DNA of 19,879 nt from Planctomycetota bacterium (GTDB lineage: Bacteria; Planctomycetota; GCA-002687715; DRQF01), in the NCBI GenBank assembly GCA_036479435.1, contig JAZGFI010000232.1:1-19879 (forward strand), written 5' to 3'. The position numbers and the translations under genes are program-made. The notes beneath the pieces were generated by a model. That model was not told the DNA's origin. It worked only from the letters and a program-made list of their open reading frames with translations, and ran no database searches. Positions 1 through 7,873 of this stretch are shown here, one piece after another (within the stretch, counting starts at the first letter, position 1; the number at the start of each line of letters is the position of its first letter).

Positions 1-62
1 TCAATCGCGCACGTCCGGATCTGTGGGGGGCTGGGGAGAAAAATCTCCCTGGTCTACCCGAC

Positions 63-117
63 GACTAAATTCTCCCGCTTTTTTAGGTCTGACCTAAAAA
101 AGCGGGAGAATTTAGTC
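63..117. repeat. Perfect inverted repeat, 27-bp arms with a 1-nt centre (GACTAAATTCTCCCGCTTTTTTAGGTC-T-GACCTAAAAAAGCGGGAGAATTTAGTC)
   Basis: Checked base by base: 63-89 is the exact reverse complement of 91-117, and pairing stops at 62/118. Confidence 0.97.
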
Positions 118-126
118 TGACGCCGT

Positions 127-627
127 ATGACCGGTATTGGAAACATGAACCGAGTTGAAGACGGTAAATTCTTGATTCTCTACGACGGAGTCTGCGGGCT
201 TTGCGACGCCTCCGTACGTTTTTTTATCAAGAATGACACGAAGGATCGTCTTCGCTTTGCGCCGCTTCAAGGTGACCTTGCTCGGGACATCGTGGCGCGT
301 CAGGGCGGCGACCCCGATGACTTGGCCACGGTTTACTTGGTCGCCAACGCGGGCCAGCCGGAAGAGCGGGCCTGGAAGCGCGGCCCTGCCGCCCTCAAGA
401 TCCTTTTGATTTGCGGCGGATTCTGGCGGGTTCTGACCCCATTCAGCATCCTCCCCGATTCCTTGCTAAATGCTGGCTACCGCATCGTGGCGCGAGTGCG
501 TTACCTGATCGCGGGCCGCAAGGAACTTTGCGAACTGCCGACGGCCGTAAACCGCCACCGCTTCTTAGATACTCCTGCCCACGAAAGCGACGGCGGCCCC
601 CCGGCTGGGGTCGAAATCGAGAAATAG
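127..627 (+). CDS. DCC-family (DUF393/YuxK-like) thiol-disulfide oxidoreductase
   Basis: N-terminal LILYDGVCGLC (DxxCxxC), LRFAPLQ, and C-terminal GYRIVARVRYLIAGR..C as in the DCC family. The start may instead be ATG 145. Confidence 0.9.
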   Translation: MTGIGNMNRVEDGKFLILYDGVCGLCDASVRFFIKNDTKDRLRFAPLQGDLARDIVARQGGDPDDLATVYLVANAGQPEERAWKRGPAALKILLICGGFWRVLTPFSILPDSLLNAGYRIVARVRYLIAGRKELCELPTAVNRHRFLDTPAHESDGGPPAGVEIEK

Positions 628-662
628 AACGCCAGCGATTCGAAGGCTCAACCCCTTTCCTG

Positions 663-671
663 TGGCATAAT
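663..671 (+). promoter_or_regulatory. Possible extended -10 promoter (TGgCATAAT) for the SPFH genes
   Basis: TG-n-CATAAT about 30 nt before ATG 703, followed by an AAGGAG ribosome-binding site. No good -35 element seen. Confidence 0.3.
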
Positions 672-702
672 CCAGTCAACACGCATGTGAAGGAGAAACA
701 CA

Positions 703-1866
703 ATGGATCACTCTAGGCCCAACGGGCCGGCTTTCCCCCCGCACCGACGACCTCGCAAGAACGTCGAAATAGAGCCGCGGCACATCGCCACGGGCCTGAT
801 TGGATTTTTGATCCTTTCGATTCTCCTCGGCGCCCTGGTGACGGGCTGGACCTACGTCGAACCGGGTGAGGTTGCCGTCGTCAAAAACAACCTCTTCGGC
901 TCAAAGCCTGAAGTCATCCTGACGAGTGGCCTCATCATTCACTTGCCCTTTGGGATGACGGACGTCTTCAAGCTGGACAAAAGGGTTCAGGTCTTCTCAA
1001 TGACCAAAAACCCCAGGCGCGGCGATCGTGCAGGCAACGACAACGTCCGCATCAAAGTTGCGGACGGTTCCAACGTCGAAGCTGACGTCGAAGTCAACTA
1101 CCGCATCATTCCGGAGATGGCAGACATCATCGTTCGCAAAATCGGCCCGGGTAATTCCTTTAAAAAGAAGCTACTGCGCAGCTACACCCGCGCCATCATC
1201 CGCGAGATGTACGGCGTCCTGACCTTGGAAACCGTTTCTGACCCGAGTTCTCGAACCGGACAGAACACGTTGGTGCTCAATCGCCTCAATGAGAACCTTG
1301 AAGAGTTCGGCCTGAAAGCGACCCTGGTCAACACCACGAACTTCGTCTTCAACATCGAGTACAACCGCCTCGTGAAGGAGAAAAAGGGAAGCGCCCAAGA
1401 GTTCTTGAATCAAGCCGCGGCCCAGGAGCAAGCTCGTAAGGAACAAGAGACCGAGGTCGCATCGGCCACCCGACAAAAGAACGTGTCCTTAATCGAAGCC
1501 CAAGGCCACGCAAAAAAACGCATGGTAGAGGCCGACAACCGGGCCAAGCAGTTGCGACTTCGGGCCAAAGGCGAGTCCTACGCGAAGCGCAAAGAGGGCG
1601 ATCGGAATTTCGCCGTCGCCACCAACGACGCCGCCGCCATTGAGGCCGAAGGCCTTAACAACGCCGCCGGAATCATGAAGCTCGCTCAAGCCTACCGCGA
1701 AGGTGGCTTGGGGCTCGTCAAAGAAGCGATCGCGACCAAGTTGAGGGGCACGCGCATCAACGGCCGGCCCTATAGCTTGAGTGAAAAGATCGAACGCATT
1801 CAAGTCGACCGCTCGGCAGTCCCGGCCGCCACCACCGGCGTCATCATGGGAGGAGACAAGAAATGA
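703..1866 (+). CDS. SPFH/band-7 (HflK/HflC/prohibitin-like) membrane protein 1
   Basis: One N-terminal TM helix, then YVEPGEVAVV, GLIIHLPF, ADGSNVEADVEVNYRI and a long Ala/Glu/Lys coiled-coil tail. AAGGAG RBS upstream. Confidence 0.9.
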   Translation: MDHSRPNGPAFPPHRRPRKNVEIEPRHIATGLIGFLILSILLGALVTGWTYVEPGEVAVVKNNLFGSKPEVILTSGLIIHLPFGMTDVFKLDKRVQVFSMTKNPRRGDRAGNDNVRIKVADGSNVEADVEVNYRIIPEMADIIVRKIGPGNSFKKKLLRSYTRAIIREMYGVLTLETVSDPSSRTGQNTLVLNRLNENLEEFGLKATLVNTTNFVFNIEYNRLVKEKKGSAQEFLNQAAAQEQARKEQETEVASATRQKNVSLIEAQGHAKKRMVEADNRAKQLRLRAKGESYAKRKEGDRNFAVATNDAAAIEAEGLNNAAGIMKLAQAYREGGLGLVKEAIATKLRGTRINGRPYSLSEKIERIQVDRSAVPAATTGVIMGGDKK

Positions 1867-2918
1867 AACCGTCAAAAATTGGCCTCTTGATGATTGCGCT
1901 CGCTTTCGCAGCCATCTTCTTTGCCACCTGCATCAAGAAAGTCCCGCTCAATATGGTCGGGGTCAAAGTGAATAGTTTTGGCGAAGGTACGGTCGAAGAT
2001 GATCTTGAGCCCGGCTACTATTTCATCTTGCCCGGCTCTCAGAAGCTCTACCTCTTTGATCCGACGATTCAGACTTTCGAGATGATCGCCGGTCGCGAAG
2101 GCGACTCCGGTCCCCTGCTCCTCGTGGGCAAAGACCAGTACACCACCAAGTTCGACATCACAATCGTCTATCGCATCAAGCAAGACGAAGCCTGGGCCGT
2201 GTCGCAGGCGGTCGGCAACACACCCGGCCGCATTCGTTCCGTGTTGCGCAGTCGGGCCGAAAAAGCACTTTGGGACGCGCTGGGGCGACTGGACACTCAA
2301 GATTTCTATAACGTCGAGAAACGCGAAGAAGCGCGCACCATCGCGAAGGAAAGGCTCGCGGTCTACCTCGCCGACGAACACCTGCAACTCATCGACATCT
2401 TGTTCCGTGCCATCACCTACGATCCCAACCTTGAAAAGATCTTGGTGCAAAAGCAGCTGTTCGACCAACGACGCGCCCTGAATGTCGAAAAGGCAAAATT
2501 AGAGGCCGAGCTCGAAAAGACCCAGTCAATCCAAAGCCAGACCACGGCCTTGGTACGCGTCATCACCGAAGAGCAAGTTCAAGAAATCGCCAACATCGTG
2601 GCGAGCACGGACGCCCAAGTACAGCAGGTCGGTGCCGATGCGCAGCTCGACGCGGAAACGCTGTTGGCCGAAGCCGACCGTTACCGCCGCGAAAAAGCCT
2701 CGCAAGGCGATCTCGCCAAGACCACGGCCAAGGCCAAAGGTGAAAAAGCGATGAACGAGGCCTACGCCGTGGAAGGGGGCCGAACCTATATCACGCGCTT
2801 GATGGTCGAAAACCTGAGCTTCGGCGAGATCGAGGTCAACACGAATCGGATGAATCCCTTCGACGTTGATCAGTTTTTGTCGATGCTGGGTCTGCCACCG
2901 GAGAAGACGAAGCCATAA
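1863..2918 (+). CDS. SPFH/band-7 membrane protein 2
   Basis: N-terminal TM, KVPLNMVGV, LEPGYYFILP, KDQYTTKFDITIVYRI and a coiled-coil C-terminus. ATGA overlap with the upstream SPFH gene. Confidence 0.9.
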   Translation: MKPSKIGLLMIALAFAAIFFATCIKKVPLNMVGVKVNSFGEGTVEDDLEPGYYFILPGSQKLYLFDPTIQTFEMIAGREGDSGPLLLVGKDQYTTKFDITIVYRIKQDEAWAVSQAVGNTPGRIRSVLRSRAEKALWDALGRLDTQDFYNVEKREEARTIAKERLAVYLADEHLQLIDILFRAITYDPNLEKILVQKQLFDQRRALNVEKAKLEAELEKTQSIQSQTTALVRVITEEQVQEIANIVASTDAQVQQVGADAQLDAETLLAEADRYRREKASQGDLAKTTAKAKGEKAMNEAYAVEGGRTYITRLMVENLSFGEIEVNTNRMNPFDVDQFLSMLGLPPEKTKP

Positions 2919-2960
2919 TCCGGCCTTGACGCCGCCGGGGCTTCGGCCGACGATCTGGTC

Positions 2961-5543
2961 GTGAAACCCGATTGCCCCGACAGTTCGAACGAAGTACCTA
3001 GGAAAGGCGGCAGCCGAAGGCCCGAGGCCTCGGCTGCCTCTTTTTTTGTCGACAACCTGAGCTTTCATCCCGACGGGCACTTAGAGGGCATCGTCGAGCT
3101 ACCGCCAGATACCGAAGAGTACCGCTTCCAGCGCGAACTCGGGCGCGGCGGGATGGGTTTGGTCTACGCTTGCGAAGACATTAAGGCGTCTCGAGAGGTC
3201 GCCCTTAAGGTCGTCATTCCTTCCTTGCAAGTATCCAAGGATGCGCTTGAGAGGTTCGAACACGAGGCGCGAGCGGCCGCGTCGATTTCGCACCCAAATT
3301 GTGTCTTTGTTTACGGCGCTCACCTCGTGCACGGCTCGCCCGCCATCGCGATGGAGCTCATGCCCGGTCGTACCCTCGAAGACGCGATCGAAGACGGCCA
3401 GCCGATGACGGTGAAGGACGCGGTTGCCGCCACCCTCGATTTGCTCGCCGGACTTGAGGCCGCGCACGAAAAAGGGGTCATGCACCGGGATATCAAACCG
3501 TCAAATCTGTTTCTCGATGAGAACGGCCGCGTCAAGCTCGGCGATTTTGGCCTTTCGCGTTCTTTTGGCGGCGACCTGAAGCTCACCCGCACCGGAACTT
3601 TTCTGGGCACACCGCTTTATGCGTCGCCGGAACAGGTTCGAAGTCGCGACGTTGATGAGCGCAGCGATCTTTACTCGGTCGGCGCCGTTCTGCACGCACT
3701 GCTGACAGGAAACTCCCCATTTCGGGCGACCAGCATCGGTGATCTTTTCGCTCAGATCGTGACCGAGGACCCACCGCACGCGCGAGAGATCAACAGCCTA
3801 GTGCCCCACGGCTTGGATGCAATAATAGTCAAGTCGCTCGCTAAAAAGCCCGAGGCCCGGTTCGCCACGGCAGCTGAGTTTCGGGCCGCACTCCAGCCCT
3901 ATCTTGAATCGACCCTAAAGACGGCCCCGATTGGGGTTCGTGTCGCCGCGGGTGTCTTGGACTACGGGATCATCTCGGTGATTTGTTTGGTGATTTACGC
4001 CGCTTTAGCTCTTCTTGTCGATGGTCTGGCGAACCAGGGCAATCTGTTGACGGGAATAGTCTTGGCACTTGCCTTTTTGTGGGTGACTTTCTTCGATGCT
4101 CGCCTTGGAGGGACGCCGGCCAAGCTTCTGCTTGGTTTGCGGGTACGAGGCGTCGAGGGCGGCCAACTCTCGCTGGGGCAAAGCGGATTGCGGGCGCTCG
4201 TCATCCTAGCCATCGAAGCCTTCGACGGCCTCGGTCTTCTTTGGGGCTTGTCGGGAGGCCTATTGGCCTTGGCTCTCTTCATCCCTGCTCGCCGCAAGAG
4301 CGGTTGGCGAGGGCTCCACGAATTTGTCTCCAAGTCGCGGACGGTTCAAGTGCCGTCTCGAATCGGACGCCTGCTGAAGGGGCGCAAAGCCCTATCGATG
4401 CACCGGCGCGACCAAACAGAGTTGCCGGCAGGGCCCGAAGGCTACGAAGTCACGGCGCGTGTCGCCTTCACCGAAGCCGGTGAGCTTTTCTTGGCGCGCG
4501 AGGAGAAGCTCCACCGTCAAGTGTGGCTCCACCTGCGAACGAATGGGAAGGCGCGACGCTCCGGGGACGAGCGCGCAAATGATGAGGCCTACCGACTGCA
4601 TTGGCTGAGTGGCGGCGACAACTTCGATGTTTACGAGGACGTCGGTGGTGCCGCGCCAGAAGAGTACGCACGCGCCGGGCGTGTTTGCGACTGGGAGCTC
4701 TTTCGTGACGCCATCGCGACCCTCGCTCGAGTCAAAGGCGATCACCAACCCCGGCCGGAAGAATTGTGGATCGATGGTCGAGGGCACCTTCGCATCCTCG
4801 ACTTCGCTCGAGCGCGCGATGCCAAATCTCACGGGGACGCGGCAACTCCCTCAAGCCTTATTGCCAATCTCACCGGCATCGGAACGAGCCAACCTGAACG
4901 TTTACCGCGTTTCATGCCAGAGGGCGCAGCTTTGATCCTTCGTCAAAGCGTGAAAGACGAGAGCCTCGATGCCCTAGAGTTTGAAGGCCGCCTCGCAGAA
5001 CTGCATGATTCCGGTGATCCCCCGACGCGAGGACTGCGCACGGCTCAGCTAGCCATCACCGGCCTCCTTGGCGTCCTAGGATTCATCGTCGCCGTGGCCA
5101 TCGGCCTTGGCATCTCCGGGTTCTTCGCTTTCGTGGTTTACGAGAACTCCGGGCGACCTGATTCAGCTCTTCCCATGATCATGTGCGTCGGCTTGATTTT
5201 GGGCATGATCTTGCCCAACGTTGGATTGTCGTGGCTACTAAGGCGAAGCCCCGAGCACGCTATTGTCGGCATGGTTCTTCTCGATCGACACGGCGAGCGA
5301 GCCTCCCGCACTTTGGCCGCCTCTCGTAGCCTGCTCGCGTGGACACCGTTGGTGGCCTTTATTTTTCTGGGAATGCTCCTCCTCACGTTCGACCGATCAA
5401 TCAGCGAGCAGACAATTCTCACCGCCCTTTTTGTTCTTTATGGCGCCACGCTGAGTTGCATCTTCGCCAACGGGGTGTTCGCCCTCATCTTCCCCGATTC
5501 GAGTTTGCACGATCGCATCACGAAGACTCGCTTCGTTCACTAG
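2961..5543 (+). CDS. Hanks-type Ser/Thr protein kinase with two RDD-like membrane domains and an internal degenerate kinase-like domain
   Basis: LGRGGMGLVY, VALKV, HRDIKPSN, DFG and GTPLYASPEQ. RDD motifs at aa ~321-462 (RVAAGVLD, GTPAKLLLGLRV, LHEFVSKSRTV) and ~688-859 (SLHDRITKTRFV). The GTG start is uncertain. Confidence 0.92.
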   Translation: MKPDCPDSSNEVPRKGGSRRPEASAASFFVDNLSFHPDGHLEGIVELPPDTEEYRFQRELGRGGMGLVYACEDIKASREVALKVVIPSLQVSKDALERFEHEARAAASISHPNCVFVYGAHLVHGSPAIAMELMPGRTLEDAIEDGQPMTVKDAVAATLDLLAGLEAAHEKGVMHRDIKPSNLFLDENGRVKLGDFGLSRSFGGDLKLTRTGTFLGTPLYASPEQVRSRDVDERSDLYSVGAVLHALLTGNSPFRATSIGDLFAQIVTEDPPHAREINSLVPHGLDAIIVKSLAKKPEARFATAAEFRAALQPYLESTLKTAPIGVRVAAGVLDYGIISVICLVIYAALALLVDGLANQGNLLTGIVLALAFLWVTFFDARLGGTPAKLLLGLRVRGVEGGQLSLGQSGLRALVILAIEAFDGLGLLWGLSGGLLALALFIPARRKSGWRGLHEFVSKSRTVQVPSRIGRLLKGRKALSMHRRDQTELPAGPEGYEVTARVAFTEAGELFLAREEKLHRQVWLHLRTNGKARRSGDERANDEAYRLHWLSGGDNFDVYEDVGGAAPEEYARAGRVCDWELFRDAIATLARVKGDHQPRPEELWIDGRGHLRILDFARARDAKSHGDAATPSSLIANLTGIGTSQPERLPRFMPEGAALILRQSVKDESLDALEFEGRLAELHDSGDPPTRGLRTAQLAITGLLGVLGFIVAVAIGLGISGFFAFVVYENSGRPDSALPMIMCVGLILGMILPNVGLSWLLRRSPEHAIVGMVLLDRHGERASRTLAASRSLLAWTPLVAFIFLGMLLLTFDRSISEQTILTALFVLYGATLSCIFANGVFALIFPDSSLHDRITKTRFVH

Positions 5544-5553
5544 CGACAAGAAG

Positions 5554-6357
5554 CTAGGCGCTTTTCCGGCGGGAAGCCCAAAACATGGCGAGGGTCTGAA
5601 GTGCCAGGCCCAGCAGCAAAGTCGTGGCGGCGGCCTGTAACCCGCACTGAATCCCCTCGGGCTGTCCAACGATTTTCGCCGGACGGTGGTATCCAAAGGG
5701 CGTGTACCAAGCGAGCCAACTTCCCTTGGTCCACATCCGCGCGGCGACATCGACAATGAAGAAGGCACCAACAACGACACCGTAGGTAATCGTCGCTTGG
5801 CCCCGATCCCGCGCCCACACGGATACCAGCAGAGCTAGGCCGCCCAGAACAAAGCAAAGCCCTATAGAAGTGAGCGCGCATAAGGCATAGCGAGCGATCG
5901 GAAGAGCCGCTACCTCGTCCGACAAAAAGGCGCCGAGAAAAGCCGAGCCGAATCCGATTGCGCCCAACGCCAAGGCCGACAAGAAACTGAATAGACCTAA
6001 AGTTGCCACGAGTTGACGACGCCCAAGGGGTGATGCCAACAACAAATCCAAAGCACCGCGCCCGCGTTCGGCCGCGGGCAACCCAAGCGCGGCGATGCCT
6101 CCAACGATGGCATGTCCAATGAGACAAAGGGGGTGCTGGAAGGGCAAAGTAAAAGAACCCGCCGCAGAAAAGAGGTCGACCTGCTCTTGCCCAAAGTAGC
6201 TCGTCGAAAACTTAAAGACCTCAAGCAACTTTCGCTGAGCCGCATAAGTTGGGTAGAGCAAGCCAATGACAACGCCAATGAGCACCGGAATGAGATACGC
6301 GAGCAGAATCGAGAGCCAGTGGCGCCGGCACAAAAACTTGAACAAGGTCATGCTCAC
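5554..6357 (-). CDS. ABC-2-type exporter permease
   Basis: About 6 hydrophobic helices, AAERGRGALDLLLASPLGR motif and TPF near the C-terminus. GTGA overlap with the ATPase stop codon. Confidence 0.88.
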   Translation of the reverse strand: MSMTLFKFLCRRHWLSILLAYLIPVLIGVVIGLLYPTYAAQRKLLEVFKFSTSYFGQEQVDLFSAAGSFTLPFQHPLCLIGHAIVGGIAALGLPAAERGRGALDLLLASPLGRRQLVATLGLFSFLSALALGAIGFGSAFLGAFLSDEVAALPIARYALCALTSIGLCFVLGGLALLVSVWARDRGQATITYGVVVGAFFIVDVAARMWTKGSWLAWYTPFGYHRPAKIVGQPEGIQCGLQAAATTLLLGLALQTLAMFWASRRKSA

Positions 6358-7253
6358 GGCGAGTCTTCCTGGCCTTCGCGGATAATCGCACGGAACACCT
6401 CGTTGAGAACCGCTGGCCTCACTTCGACGTCCACAGCATCGTCCAATCCACAGTTTTCCAATGCCTGCACGAGGTCTCGCGGACTGCCTTGAAAGGGAAT
6501 GACCTCCACCTCTCCATTGGCCCGGCGCAAGATGACCTTGCGTGGCAGCCGGCGGCGAAAAGTCTCCATATCCTCGACCGCCAATAAGCGGCCTCGGTCA
6601 ATAAGGGCCACGCGATCGGCGCAATCTTCAACCTCTGCGAGGACGTGGCTTGAAAACAAAACCGTACGCCCGGCGCTAGCCCTGTCGCGGATGAGTTGAA
6701 GGAAGGCCTCGCGGACTAAGGGATCAAGCCCTGTCGTCGGCTCGTCTAGCACCAATAAGTCTGGTTCGTGCTGAAATGCCACCGCGATGCCGATCATTTG
6801 GCGCATGCCGGTGGAGTACTTGCGCAGCTTCCAATCCAAGGCATCGCGGCGAAAACCCAAGCGCTCTAACACCGCGTCACGCGCTTGTGAGCGACCGCCG
6901 TACAAGTTGGCGAACAGATCGAGGTTTTGGCGACCGCTAAGGCCAGGAAAAAGCGCAAGATCACCAGGCAAAAATCCCAAGCGTGCGCGCAGGGCACCAC
7001 CTGCCTTGCGCGGGTCTTCGCCAAAAACACGCAGGGTTCCCGCATCGGGTCGCAACAAGTCAAGGAGCGCCCGCATGGTGGTCGTTTTGCCGGCACCATT
7101 GGGACCTAAGAACCCCACGACCTCCCCGCAAAAGACTTCGAGGTCTATCGAATCGACGGCGCGCTGATTGCCGTAGGCGACGCTCAGGCCTTTGATCTCG
7201 ATAGCCAAGCCTTCGCGAAGGTTCGCGGCCGCGGCAGCAGGGGTCGACGGCAT
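6354..7253 (-). CDS. ABC exporter ATP-binding protein
   Basis: Walker A GPNGAGKTT, signature YSTGMRQ, Walker B LLVLDEPT and H-loop SSH. Confidence 0.95.
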   Translation of the reverse strand: MPSTPAAAAANLREGLAIEIKGLSVAYGNQRAVDSIDLEVFCGEVVGFLGPNGAGKTTTMRALLDLLRPDAGTLRVFGEDPRKAGGALRARLGFLPGDLALFPGLSGRQNLDLFANLYGGRSQARDAVLERLGFRRDALDWKLRKYSTGMRQMIGIAVAFQHEPDLLVLDEPTTGLDPLVREAFLQLIRDRASAGRTVLFSSHVLAEVEDCADRVALIDRGRLLAVEDMETFRRRLPRKVILRRANGEVEVIPFQGSPRDLVQALENCGLDDAVDVEVRPAVLNEVFRAIIREGQEDSP

Positions 7254-7825
7254 TAGCGCGGGGCGTACTTTTGAAGTTTACGTTGCAGCGAACGCCGATG
7301 AATTCCCAGACGGCGCGCCGACTCAGAAATATTCCCGCCGCTGTCAGCCAAAACGCGGTTGATATGTTCCCACTCCGCCCGCGCCAAAGAAGGCGCAACG
7401 TAAGACTGGGAGTTGGCAACGAGCGGCGGGTTATCGCCTCGCTCAAACGCGGCCAGGATGTCATCGGCATCCGCCGGTTTTGACAGGTAGTTCGCCGCGC
7501 CGAGTTTTACGGCTTCGATCGCGGTGGCGATGCTGCCGTAGCCCGTCAAGACGATAATTTTGGTGGACACGTCAATCTCGAGCAAGTCGCGCACAACCTC
7601 CAAGCCGGAGGGACCCGGCATTTTGAGATCGACGATCGCCATCTCGGGTGAATCTTGTTTGGCCAGCGCGATCGCCTCGTGCCCATCAGCGGCGACGCGA
7701 ACTTCAAAACCCCGACCCGTAAACGCACGGGCGATGCGCTCGCGTAGGGTCTGATCGTCATCGACAATCAGCAGGCTCTGGGGGTGGTCCGCCGGACGTC
7801 CGGTGGCATCGTCTTGATCGCTCAT
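7253..7825 (-). CDS. regA: RegA/PrrA/ActR-family response regulator
   Basis: Receiver domain (LLIVDDD, AIVDLKMP, VLTGYGSIATA, YLSKP) plus the family's Fis-type HTH WEHINRVL...GNISESARRLGIHRRSLQRKL. GGAGAG RBS. Confidence 0.92.
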   Translation of the reverse strand: MSDQDDATGRPADHPQSLLIVDDDQTLRERIARAFTGRGFEVRVAADGHEAIALAKQDSPEMAIVDLKMPGPSGLEVVRDLLEIDVSTKIIVLTGYGSIATAIEAVKLGAANYLSKPADADDILAAFERGDNPPLVANSQSYVAPSLARAEWEHINRVLADSGGNISESARRLGIHRRSLQRKLQKYAPR

Positions 7826-7873
7826 CGTTGTCTCTCCGATTTCATCTTTGGCAGCGGGATCTAGAACATCGAG

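Noticed and set aside
63..117. Protelomerase (hairpin telomere) target site
   Set aside because: The size is similar, but the centre is odd (1-nt spacer) rather than an even dyad, and no protelomerase or phage genes are in the window.
2916..2961. Read-through fusion of SPFH protein 2 and the kinase (same frame, single TAA between them)
   Set aside because: Sharing a frame has a 1-in-3 chance, TAA is rarely read through, and both proteins look complete.
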